A model generated the notes under the pieces. That model was not told the DNA's origin, made no database searches, and saw only the letters and a list, made by a program, of their open reading frames with translations. A DNA stretch of 64,000 nucleotides from a virus. Where the stretch lies: the IMG/VR virus record IMGVR_UViG_3300010158_000060, positions 1-64,000 of that record; one strand, written 5' to 3'. Numbering within the stretch: position 1 is the stretch's first letter; each line of letters begins with the position of its first letter. This document shows positions 9,010-18,997 of the stretch, piece by piece. The position numbers were made by a program, and so were the translations under genes.

Positions 9010-12000
9010 TGTATAACAAGAAGACTCTATCTAAAGCTACAGCTGAGTTGGACAAAGCTAAAGCTCCTAAGAAACCTAAAGATATAATCACTGATCCAAT
9101 GGGTCAGTGGAAGTATCCTGGTTTACCTACTAGAATTCCTGGTAATGATATTACCATGAAAGGAGTGGGTTATCCTGTATTAGGTGTAGCCAATAATGGT
9201 CAGAGAAAGATAATGCTTCCGGGAGCGGACTATACTTTTCCTGGAGCAGACTATGTGGATGAATACCCACAGATGAAAAAAGGAGGTACAAAAAAGAAAA
9301 GAAAGACTAAGAGTATAATGGGTATTAATAAACTCATGCAAAAAGGTCCTTTATTTGAAGACTACTCAAAAAAAATGTATGATCCAAATGTAAACTACTT
9401 TCAAGATGGTGGTGATAAGAAAGCTTCAGTAGAAGGATACCAAGATGAAAATATGTGGTTAGGAGATAAGTATAAAGATCTTGGAGCAACAGTTTCTAAA
9501 GGTAAAATAAGTGCTTCTGCAGGAAATTATTTTCCAATGATGACAACCGATCCTCAAAGTAATTTTAATCCCTATGTAAATTTAGCAGTAGACTTAGGTA
9601 AAGACAGAAATTTAAGTTTTGATTTTCAGCCTGATTATACAGGTGTAAACTTTACTAAAAGTTTTCAAGAAGGTGGTGCAAAAACATTATCTACAAGTAA
9701 ATCTAAAGATGGAACAATTACCAATAAAGTAAGGAGAGATGGTAAAACATTTTTGCAAGTTAAAAGTAAAGATGGAAAATACTATGAAAAAGAAATTCCA
9801 ACAGTTACCCGTGCTAAAGGTTTTGAAGCAGCAGTAAGTAAAAGTATTGGAAACCCAATGGACAGAGCTTATGATTATGTAGAAGGTCTTCGTACAAATG
9901 GAGAAGATCCTCAAGATAATTTAAGACATGCAACAGCTGGAAGATATGCTGCAGAAGGTTTATTAAAAAATGCCAGAGAAGGTTATATTCCTTTTCCAGA
10001 TGCTGTAAATAAAGCAACATCATGGTTAACAGCTAATGCATTAGGAGTTGGTCATGAACTAAGTACAATATTTCAAGATAAAAGACCTTGGGGAGTAAAG
10101 CTAAGAGAAGCTGGTGAAGATATTTATAATAATGGTGTAGGTGTTAATCAAGGTTTATCTGATAAATCTAATAAAGATAAAACACAAAACTTAAAAGATA
10201 GATCTTTAAACTATGAGTTACCTGATGGTTATGGAGAAGAACATCCTTTTCATAATAAATGGGTGGATCCTTACAGTAAAAAACAAGAAGGTGGTCCGCA
10301 AAATACATCTGGTCCTAGACAATATATGGATGAATATGAAGAAGAACAAACTATTCCTGAATTTACAGATGCTTATATGAAGCAAAGATATAAAGTTGAA
10401 CAATCAAATAAAAAAGCTCAAGACTTTAATAAAACTTATGCTGAATCTGAAAATTATAAAAGATTACTAGAAAAACAAGGTTACACACCTGAAGAAATAA
10501 AAAATAGAATTGCTTCAGTTACAGGGATTTCAGATTTTAATTACACAGATAATGGACCTAGCTGGGTTGGTGGTGATCCTGAAACTGGTAAAGAATTTAT
10601 AACTTATAATGTTATGGATCAAGGAGATTGGGCAAACTATGACTCAATTGCAGGACATGAGTGGGGGCATGTCGGAGTAGAATCAGGACAAAGCCCTCTC
10701 AAACAAGGAGAGCAAGATGCCTTTATTAATAGACTTAAAATAGACAATGTAAATAAGGACGAAGGGCACGCAGAACATGATAAAGCTCCTCAAGAAAATA
10801 GAGCAGATTTGTTACAGTTAAGACAACAACTTCAAGAGGCAGGTTTATTTGATTCTACAAAAACTAAAGAATTTACTAAAGATCATCTTAAAGAATATAA
10901 AAAATTAAGAAATTCTTCTGAAGAAAATTATGATAAGTTTCATAACAGAATGTTTAGATTATATGATGATAAAGATATCATATGGTTAATGAATAATATT
11001 GCTCAAAATAACAATAAACAAAATACTAATGATGATTTGCAAACAGCTCAGTATGGAATTGAAATGGAGCTTACTCCAGATGAGATTGAAGAATACAGAA
11101 AAGGTGGTTACATAGTAGAAGACATATCTGTACCAGAACTTAATCAAGCTCAGAAAGGTGGTGCTAAAGATAAATATGCTACTCATATTGGTGATGATGG
11201 TACTGTAGGAAGTACAAATGTACATACTGATAAGAATGGTACTATCACAACTAAAGTACAGGATTCAAAAGGTATAACACATTATAAAGTAAAAACAAAA
11301 GATGGTAAAGTATTTTATAAACAAGATGCTTCAACAACTTATCCAAAAAATAATTCTGTAGTTCCGGAAAATTATAAACCTGATCCTAGACAGATTGAAA
11401 TGAATGATGGACCAATGCAATCAGTAGATGACTTTTGGACATTACCTATTGGTATGAGTAGCGCAGGAGTTAGGGGTACAATAGGTTTAGCAAAAGGTTT
11501 AACTTCTCTTGGACGTAATGCTGCTAAGTCATCATTAGTACAAGCAACAAAGCAAGGTTTTAATCAAAGTTTAATTAAAAGTTTACCTGGATCTAATTTA
11601 AAGAATTTAGTTAATTCATATTTTACTACAAGTGGTATAAATAACTATATAGATCAAAATAGTGATGTAAGAAGAGCAACTAAAAATGCTTATGATGATC
11701 CTACACTTGATAATGTTGTAGATGCTGTAGGTGAAAATACCTGGAATGCACTCAACTTTTCAGGACTTAATGTAGGCAAAGGTGTAAAACAATTAGGTAA
11801 ATATGCTACAACACAAACACCTTTAAAAAATACATACAAAGTATTACCTGAAGGTACATTTAAGAATTATTCTAAACTTAAAACAAAAGGTAAATCATAT
11901 AGAGTTGCTGGTCATGATGCACATGCTGATTTTACTGAATCAGGTTTATTGCGTTCAAAAACTAACTTACCTGAAAAGGCAACTATTTTAGATAGGATGG

Positions 12001-13385
12001 AAAAAAGACCTACAGCATTTCCTTCATTTCAAAAAAATTATGCTGACCTAAGCTATTTACCTGAAAATGGAGGAGTAGTTTTTGAAACAAGTTTGCCAAC
12101 TTTTAAAAGAGGTCAACTTAATCCTGTTACTGGAGAAAAAATAAAGGGTAGACATTATGCTCATAGAGTTATTGATCCTCAAACTGGAAAAACTCTTACA
12201 GAAATTCCAGCATCTGATATAGATGTTTATGAAGGTTCTGCTAATTGGTTAAAAGGACATAAAAAAATATCTGGACAACAACCTCAAGCTTCTGCTAATA
12301 AAAATAAAATACCAGGACTTCCAAGAGTAGTTAGTTTTTTAAATGGTTTAAACTATGGAATGAATGATATTATAAAAGGAAGAAAGTTTTCTGAAACATT
12401 TCCTATAACAAAAAAGCAAAAAGCTAAAATAGAATATTTGCAAGATCAAGCTCATAAAGGAGGACTTGAATTTATGAATGATTATCTTTATCGTATTCAT
12501 GATGGTGTACCACATTATGGTGAAATACATCCTGATGTTAGATCAAAAATAGATAAAATAACGGATTTAGAAGATCCTACATTAGATGCTTTTAAAAGAA
12601 AATTTGATATTACTCATAATTTAATAGGTCCTTATGGTAATGCTCAACATCATTTAGCAAATGCTGATGAAAAAGAATTAGTAAAAGCACTTAATAATGG
12701 TACTTTGGATGCTAAAACTGTAGATTATATAAGAAGAAATAAACATAAAATAAGAGGTGTTAATTGGCATCCTAAAAGTATTACTTTAAGAAATAAAGGA
12801 GTTTACTATGAAAGCCCTGAAGCTATAAGAAATGTGACAGTTCATGAAGCAGGACACAGTATGCAACAATTGGGTTATGGAAGTAACACAATTCGGAATA
12901 GTTTGTCTATGTATGATCCTAAATATCCATATGATATTGCAAATGAAAATACTAAATTTGGTAAAGAATTTAGAAATGCTCAAGTTTTTCCAAAAGAAAA
13001 ACAGTACTTATGGGAAGCAAGTCCATTAGAAGTTCATTCAGAAGCAATGGCTGCTAAAGATAAAATCTATAGAGAGTTTATTAAAAAAGGAATGAATAAA
13101 ATGGATGCTTTAAGATATTTAAGAAATCCTGATAATACTTTAGCAGATGAGATTATTAAAGAAGGTTCATTAAATAGATTTTTTAAGGATGGTATATCAA
13201 ATGATCAAAAAAGAAAACTTATTAAAATGTTACCTGCAATAATACCTGCTGGAGCTGCAGTAAATTATATGCCTAAACCTCAAAAATCTAAACAAATGAA
13301 GAAAGGTGGTATTGTTGCTGATTTAACTCATGCAGAAATTCAAGACTATATTAAACAAGGTTACATTGTTGAAGATGTAGACTAA
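9009..13385 (+). CDS. Multi-module (polyvalent) putative virion cargo protein (1458 aa) with two HExxH zincin motifs
   Basis: HEWGH at 10656-10670 and HEAGH at 12843-12857. A DNLRH..HE..DIYNNGVG module is present, and repeated [QK]xGG motifs fall between modules. Confidence 0.7.
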   Translation: MYNKKTLSKATAELDKAKAPKKPKDIITDPMGQWKYPGLPTRIPGNDITMKGVGYPVLGVANNGQRKIMLPGADYTFPGADYVDEYPQMKKGGTKKKRKTKSIMGINKLMQKGPLFEDYSKKMYDPNVNYFQDGGDKKASVEGYQDENMWLGDKYKDLGATVSKGKISASAGNYFPMMTTDPQSNFNPYVNLAVDLGKDRNLSFDFQPDYTGVNFTKSFQEGGAKTLSTSKSKDGTITNKVRRDGKTFLQVKSKDGKYYEKEIPTVTRAKGFEAAVSKSIGNPMDRAYDYVEGLRTNGEDPQDNLRHATAGRYAAEGLLKNAREGYIPFPDAVNKATSWLTANALGVGHELSTIFQDKRPWGVKLREAGEDIYNNGVGVNQGLSDKSNKDKTQNLKDRSLNYELPDGYGEEHPFHNKWVDPYSKKQEGGPQNTSGPRQYMDEYEEEQTIPEFTDAYMKQRYKVEQSNKKAQDFNKTYAESENYKRLLEKQGYTPEEIKNRIASVTGISDFNYTDNGPSWVGGDPETGKEFITYNVMDQGDWANYDSIAGHEWGHVGVESGQSPLKQGEQDAFINRLKIDNVNKDEGHAEHDKAPQENRADLLQLRQQLQEAGLFDSTKTKEFTKDHLKEYKKLRNSSEENYDKFHNRMFRLYDDKDIIWLMNNIAQNNNKQNTNDDLQTAQYGIEMELTPDEIEEYRKGGYIVEDISVPELNQAQKGGAKDKYATHIGDDGTVGSTNVHTDKNGTITTKVQDSKGITHYKVKTKDGKVFYKQDASTTYPKNNSVVPENYKPDPRQIEMNDGPMQSVDDFWTLPIGMSSAGVRGTIGLAKGLTSLGRNAAKSSLVQATKQGFNQSLIKSLPGSNLKNLVNSYFTTSGINNYIDQNSDVRRATKNAYDDPTLDNVVDAVGENTWNALNFSGLNVGKGVKQLGKYATTQTPLKNTYKVLPEGTFKNYSKLKTKGKSYRVAGHDAHADFTESGLLRSKTNLPEKATILDRMEKRPTAFPSFQKNYADLSYLPENGGVVFETSLPTFKRGQLNPVTGEKIKGRHYAHRVIDPQTGKTLTEIPASDIDVYEGSANWLKGHKKISGQQPQASANKNKIPGLPRVVSFLNGLNYGMNDIIKGRKFSETFPITKKQKAKIEYLQDQAHKGGLEFMNDYLYRIHDGVPHYGEIHPDVRSKIDKITDLEDPTLDAFKRKFDITHNLIGPYGNAQHHLANADEKELVKALNNGTLDAKTVDYIRRNKHKIRGVNWHPKSITLRNKGVYYESPEAIRNVTVHEAGHSMQQLGYGSNTIRNSLSMYDPKYPYDIANENTKFGKEFRNAQVFPKEKQYLWEASPLEVHSEAMAAKDKIYREFIKKGMNKMDALRYLRNPDNTLADEIIKEGSLNRFFKDGISNDQKRKLIKMLPAIIPAGAAVNYMPKPQKSKQMKKGGIVADLTHAEIQDYIKQGYIVEDVD

Positions 13386-13443
13386 ATTTTTAAAGTTTAA
13401 ACAATAAATTTATTTTTAGTATATTAAATTATAATCTTTACAA

Positions 13444-16122
13444 ATGGAAAGAAGAACAGTTAGAATTTACAAAGCTCCCAACGGACAAGGTGAATATATA
13501 AATAAGACAGGTCAGTTTTTGAAGAAAGCACAAATGGGTGTTGAAACAAGAAGTGAGGAAGTCATGCAGGAAAAACAAATAGAAGCATTAAAACAATATG
13601 TAACTGGGGCTTTAGATAATCAAATGGAGCCAGAAGAAATATATAGATTATTAGTTTCTAAAGGTGTTCCTAAAGAAATAGCATATCCTATTTTAACTCA
13701 AGTTATGCAAGAAATGGAAGCTCCAGAAGAAGAAGAGCAACCAGAAACTAAAGAAGGATCTGCTGAAGAATCTAAAATTGGTCAGTCTGAGTTTCAACCT
13801 GTAGGTCAAGAGAATCAAGAGACTGAAGAAGAAGATGCTGCAAGTGATGGTATGAATTATGATAATTCATATGCTGATGAAGAAGACTCAAATGTTATTG
13901 CTAACAGTGAAGAAGAATTTCAAGATGGTGGACCAATTTTATCATATGAACAATTATCAGCTAATGAAGGTGAAGAAGAAGATACTGGTGATGATTTAAA
14001 TGACAGATTAGCTTCACTTGAAGACTTTGTAGGTAAAACTGAAGATGATGACTTTAAGAATTTTGGAAAAGACATCAGTGAGTATGAAGGTAATTATACA
14101 CCTATTGAATGGGATACATTAGGAGATGGCTATGGTTACTATAAAAAAGGAGGTTCTAAAAAGAACTTTACAAAAAATGTATTATCTCTTATCAAAAAAC
14201 AAGAAGGTGGTGATGCAGAAGAGTCTACTGAAATAGGTAGAGGTAATAAAAAAGATACTTTAACAAATGATGTTTCTAAAATTAAATCTTCATTTACTGA
14301 TAAACTAAAAGAAGTATCTAGTAAAGCTGCTATAGATTCTATCTATGATAAGATGATGAAGTCTAATGATCCTGAGTTAATGCAATCTGCACAAGAACTT
14401 GCTCAGAACAGACAGAAGTCAAGTCAAATGGGAAGTTTTGAACCAGTTGCTCAACAAGGTGGTTATATAGGAGAAGATCAGCCTGACATGTTTAGTCAAG
14501 GTGGTTTTGATATGCCTCAAGCACAAAAAGGAGGAATGCAAAAACTTGGTGACTTCTTGTTAGGAGAAAAATATACTACAGCTAATAATCCATATAATGC
14601 TAAGACTGGTGCTTTGTATAAAGATCCTTTGACAGGTTTAACTCCTGTAGCAAGAACTGTACATAAAAGAGGTATATTAGGAAGACCTAAAAAATATACG
14701 GATTACTATTCTAAAAGTGGTAACATTAATGTTCCAGGAGAAAGTGTATCTAAAAAAGATGTAAAAGCTGATTCAAAAAAACGTGAGTATAACATACCTG
14801 ATGACCAATATGAAAAATTGTCTAGAAGAGAAAAAAGACAAGAAAGAAAATGGGCTAAGTTAGAGAATGAAGATAAAGAATTTATGTCTAATCCTAATCT
14901 TATGCAACAAAATGATGGTTACATGCAACAAATCAATGATGCAAATGGTAATAGATTAGAAACACCTAAGCTAGTTGGAATTTCAAAAGAATTAAAACCA
15001 GAATTATCATATGAAAAAAGAATGAATATGGATAATGCTGATTTTTATAATAATGGATATAAAGAACAACCTTTACCTGATGGATTAACTGCAGAAGAAG
15101 AGGAAGCTATGGCTCAATCAAATCTTGAAAGAGATGCTATTTTAGAAAAATATACTGCAGAGAATGAGGCTGCTAATGAAGCAGAAGCTCAAAGAAAAAA
15201 ACAAGCTTCACTTTTTTATCTAAATTATCCTGAAGGTAATACTGATAGACGTATTGGATTAGGTGATTATACTGATGGAGATCTTGCTGTAAATTATGCT
15301 AAAACTAGAGATAGAGCTTATAATCAATTTGCTAAAGCAAGAGATTTTAAACCTGATCTTAAAAAGTTTTTTGAAGATCCTGAAACTATTAAAAAAAGAA
15401 AAGAAGAAGAGGAAGCAAGAAAACAAATGCAAGAAGAAGGTACAGAAGCTGAGTATGAAAAAAGATATGGTGGTTTACCAAAAGCTCAAATAGGTGTTAA
15501 ATCTCCTACAAATATGTTAAATCCTGCATCTGATGCAACAGTTATGAAACCTGGAACTGGTCCGTTAGCTATGCCTCCATTAGTTTCATCTGCAAAAAAA
15601 GAAGATTGGCGCGCACCTATGTTAGCACCAGCTGATGAAAATGATGATGATTCTGCATTACCCGATATATTAGATCCAAATAAATTTAAAGAAACTGTTC
15701 TTAATACAAAAGATACACAAGGAGAAGATGATTTAATAGCACAAGATGTAGAAACAAAAAGAAAATTTAATGGTGTTAATTTTGATAACAAATTAAATAT
15801 GGGTCTTGATGCTTTCACTGGAACAATGCGTGGTTTAAATCAAGCTAAGCAGCAAAATGAAATGTATGCAAATAACTTTAATGCTGATAGTCTTTATGGA
15901 GCTTCTACTAATAAAGACAAAGGAGATTATGTAGCTTATGGTCAACAAACAGGAATGTTTAGACCAAATGAAACAGGTCAAGAAACTATGGGTAGATTTG
16001 CATATGGTCAATCTGGTGGTTATATGGAAGAAGGCGGTTTTGCTGAGGGAGATGAAGTTGATATGACTGAAGAAGAATTAGCAGAATTTATTGCTAACGG
16101 AGGTGAAGTAGAATATTTATAA
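13444..16122 (+). CDS. Acidic low-complexity putative cargo/internal virion protein (892 aa)
   Basis: Long E/D-rich ORF with about ten xxxGG-type motifs, located in the cargo gene block. Confidence 0.65.
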   Translation: MERRTVRIYKAPNGQGEYINKTGQFLKKAQMGVETRSEEVMQEKQIEALKQYVTGALDNQMEPEEIYRLLVSKGVPKEIAYPILTQVMQEMEAPEEEEQPETKEGSAEESKIGQSEFQPVGQENQETEEEDAASDGMNYDNSYADEEDSNVIANSEEEFQDGGPILSYEQLSANEGEEEDTGDDLNDRLASLEDFVGKTEDDDFKNFGKDISEYEGNYTPIEWDTLGDGYGYYKKGGSKKNFTKNVLSLIKKQEGGDAEESTEIGRGNKKDTLTNDVSKIKSSFTDKLKEVSSKAAIDSIYDKMMKSNDPELMQSAQELAQNRQKSSQMGSFEPVAQQGGYIGEDQPDMFSQGGFDMPQAQKGGMQKLGDFLLGEKYTTANNPYNAKTGALYKDPLTGLTPVARTVHKRGILGRPKKYTDYYSKSGNINVPGESVSKKDVKADSKKREYNIPDDQYEKLSRREKRQERKWAKLENEDKEFMSNPNLMQQNDGYMQQINDANGNRLETPKLVGISKELKPELSYEKRMNMDNADFYNNGYKEQPLPDGLTAEEEEAMAQSNLERDAILEKYTAENEAANEAEAQRKKQASLFYLNYPEGNTDRRIGLGDYTDGDLAVNYAKTRDRAYNQFAKARDFKPDLKKFFEDPETIKKRKEEEEARKQMQEEGTEAEYEKRYGGLPKAQIGVKSPTNMLNPASDATVMKPGTGPLAMPPLVSSAKKEDWRAPMLAPADENDDDSALPDILDPNKFKETVLNTKDTQGEDDLIAQDVETKRKFNGVNFDNKLNMGLDAFTGTMRGLNQAKQQNEMYANNFNADSLYGASTNKDKGDYVAYGQQTGMFRPNETGQETMGRFAYGQSGGYMEEGGFAEGDEVDMTEEELAEFIANGGEVEYL

Positions 16123-16132
16123 TCTTAATAAG

Positions 16133-18937
16133 ATGAAAGTAAGAATTAAAAAAGTACCGCAAGCTAGAACAGGATACCAAGTACAAGGTTCTTTAGCTAA
16201 TGATGTACCAGCTATGGGTGGTGCAGATTACAATGCTTATATAGGTAAACCAAATCTAAAAGCCAGCAAGTATATAACGGCTGTTCCTAGAGAAGAAGCT
16301 AATCTAGAAGCAGAAGGAGGAGAAACTGTATATGGTGACATCAATGGTGATGGAATGCCAGAACACAAAACTATCAAAGGTCCAAGACACTCTGGAGGAG
16401 GTGTTCCATTAAACTTACCTGATGACACTTTTATATATAGTGACTTCAGAGGTATGAACATTAAAGAACCTGAGTTCTTACAAATGTTTGGTAAAGGTAG
16501 TAAGGGTAAGAAAAGTTATACTCCAGCGGCACTTGCTAAACAATATGATATTGAGAAATACAGAAAGATTCTTCAAGATCCAGACTCAGATGCAATTGAT
16601 AGAAAAACTGCAGAGCTGATGATTAAAAATTATCAAAACAAACTTGCAGCATTAGCATTAGTACAAGAAGGTAAGAAAGGATTCCCTCAAGGTATGCCAG
16701 CTGTTGCAAAACCTATGCTTACAGAAAATCAATATTCAGAAGATACATTTGTTGATCCTTCTATTAAAGAATTTGCTGGACAAATAGATGGTAAATTACA
16801 AGAAGTAGAACAAAAACAAAATACTGAAGAACAAGATCCTGACTATGCTCAACAAGCTGAAGAGATGAATGAAGGTCAACCTATTGCTCAACCTACTGCA
16901 CAGTATGGTATGTCAATGGGTGGATATGATTTACCTTATGGTGATGATATGCCAGAAGCAGAGTATGGTATGTCTATGGGTATTACTTCTAAGAACTATA
17001 TGGGAAGACCTAAGTCTGCTATGTATGCTAGAGGAGGTGCTTTAAGAACATACCAAGGTAAAGAAGGTGCTAGTTCTACTGGTGCTACAGGAGGTGCTCC
17101 AGCTGATAGTGATGTAATTGATGTTACAGGTTTGGATGAAAATGCAGCTAATGCTAAATATTATACTTGGATGGATAGACATCCAAATAAAGAACCTAAA
17201 ATAATGTTGAATGGTAAAGCTGCTAGATATGTACCACCATCTAAAAAAGACAGTCCAACACTTGACGATCTTAAAGCATTGCATCAATCTCAATACAAAT
17301 ATTTAGAAACAGAATTAAATGATCCAAAATCAAAAGTTAGAGAAGCATATTTAACAGAATATAAAAATGCATTACAAAATAGAAAAGCTTATGGAAATAG
17401 TCCAAATGCAAATAAAAGGTTTGAAATGTATTCTAAAATGGATATAAAACCTGAAGATGCAATAAAAAGTTTATTAGATCAAAAGAAAAGAAATGATTCA
17501 ATCAAAGAAAAAGGTATAGATATGCAACTTTTTTCAAATGAGAATGCTCAACTTTTAACACCAGAAAAAATGGTTGCTGCTGGTATTAAAAAAGGTGATG
17601 GCTCACCTATGACTCTTGATGATGCTAAAAAAATACATAAAGAATACACAAATAATAATTGGACAACTAGAGATCAAGTTGCAAAAGCAGCAGGTGTTAC
17701 AATACCTGATCCAAAAACAACCATATTAGAACAAGCTAGTACTCATGCAATTGCAGGAATGGCCAAACAAAAAAAGAATGGTACTTATAATAATTTTGAT
17801 GATGATCAATCATATAAAATGTATCAATTTTTAGGAAAAGATAAAAGTAGAGAAACTAATACTGGTGCTGCAGATGAAAGTTCAATGGGAAGTTTATATG
17901 GTTCTGAGTACAACACAATGTCTCCAATAGATGGTGTTCCAACAAATTCAACATTAGGTCATGGTTTTGATCCAGCTATTGATAAAGGAAAATTTGAAGC
18001 TGTACCTGAAGAAAAAAATAATCAAGTAGCAGGACCATGTCCAGAATGTACTAGAGCTGATGGTAGTGCTTATGTACCAGAAAGAAATGCTGATGGTAGT
18101 TGTCCTCCATGTGTAGAAAGTGGTACTCCTGCTCAAGAGACTGAACCTAAAATGTGGTTGCAAGATAAAATGAAAATTGCAGGTGCTTTTGGTGATTTAA
18201 TGGGTGCTAAGAAATACATGCCTTGGGCTGCTAAGTATGATTTGAGAACACCAAAACCTACATTCATGGATCCAACAAGAGAACTTGCTGCTAATGCTGA
18301 GCAAGCTAATATACAAACACAAGCTCTTGGTCAGTTTGCAGGACCTCAAGCATTGTCTGCTAGATCTTCTGGTGTAATGGGTGCTGCTAGTAAAAATGCT
18401 GCGGATGTAATGGCTAAATACAATAATGCCAATGTAAACATTGCTAACCAATTTGAATCCAATATTTCTAATATTGAGAATCAAGAGCAACAATTAAATA
18501 CTGCTTCTCAACAAAAACTATATGATCAGAATACTATTTCTAATCAACAGTATGATAATACTAAGAGAGCACTGAGAAATAATTTATTAAATCAAACTAC
18601 ATCAGGTATTACAAACATGATGAAAACAGATGCTATGAATCAGATATATCCTCAGTTTGATGTTGATGCATCAAGTGGTGGTAAAGTTACTTATGATCCA
18701 ACAAAATCTAGAAAAGTTAAACCGGAAGTATCAGGAAGTAGTTATGAAGCTTTCCATAAAGAATGTTCAAAATTATATAAAGATGAAACTCAGATTGAAA
18801 AATGTGTAAATAAAAAAATGAATACTGCATCATCTAGTGGAGGTGAAGATGATGATGATGCTCAAAAGGTTATGTCAATATATAAACAAAAAGGAGGATT
18901 TATGTATGGTGATATAACTTACCCATTCATACTCTAA
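16133..18937 (+). CDS. Putative cargo/ejection protein (934 aa)
   Basis: ANLEAEGGETV...GPRHSGGGVPLNLP..TFIYSD motif recalled from crAss-like cargo proteins. Has an N/Q/A-rich coiled-coil C-terminal part and a CxxC..CxxC segment. Confidence 0.65.
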   Translation: MKVRIKKVPQARTGYQVQGSLANDVPAMGGADYNAYIGKPNLKASKYITAVPREEANLEAEGGETVYGDINGDGMPEHKTIKGPRHSGGGVPLNLPDDTFIYSDFRGMNIKEPEFLQMFGKGSKGKKSYTPAALAKQYDIEKYRKILQDPDSDAIDRKTAELMIKNYQNKLAALALVQEGKKGFPQGMPAVAKPMLTENQYSEDTFVDPSIKEFAGQIDGKLQEVEQKQNTEEQDPDYAQQAEEMNEGQPIAQPTAQYGMSMGGYDLPYGDDMPEAEYGMSMGITSKNYMGRPKSAMYARGGALRTYQGKEGASSTGATGGAPADSDVIDVTGLDENAANAKYYTWMDRHPNKEPKIMLNGKAARYVPPSKKDSPTLDDLKALHQSQYKYLETELNDPKSKVREAYLTEYKNALQNRKAYGNSPNANKRFEMYSKMDIKPEDAIKSLLDQKKRNDSIKEKGIDMQLFSNENAQLLTPEKMVAAGIKKGDGSPMTLDDAKKIHKEYTNNNWTTRDQVAKAAGVTIPDPKTTILEQASTHAIAGMAKQKKNGTYNNFDDDQSYKMYQFLGKDKSRETNTGAADESSMGSLYGSEYNTMSPIDGVPTNSTLGHGFDPAIDKGKFEAVPEEKNNQVAGPCPECTRADGSAYVPERNADGSCPPCVESGTPAQETEPKMWLQDKMKIAGAFGDLMGAKKYMPWAAKYDLRTPKPTFMDPTRELAANAEQANIQTQALGQFAGPQALSARSSGVMGAASKNAADVMAKYNNANVNIANQFESNISNIENQEQQLNTASQQKLYDQNTISNQQYDNTKRALRNNLLNQTTSGITNMMKTDAMNQIYPQFDVDASSGGKVTYDPTKSRKVKPEVSGSSYEAFHKECSKLYKDETQIEKCVNKKMNTASSSGGEDDDDAQKVMSIYKQKGGFMYGDITYPFIL

Positions 18938-18997
18938 ACTTTTGATGTTTATAGAGAAATTAAAAATTTTATAGATTTACAATAGAAAAAATTAGCT

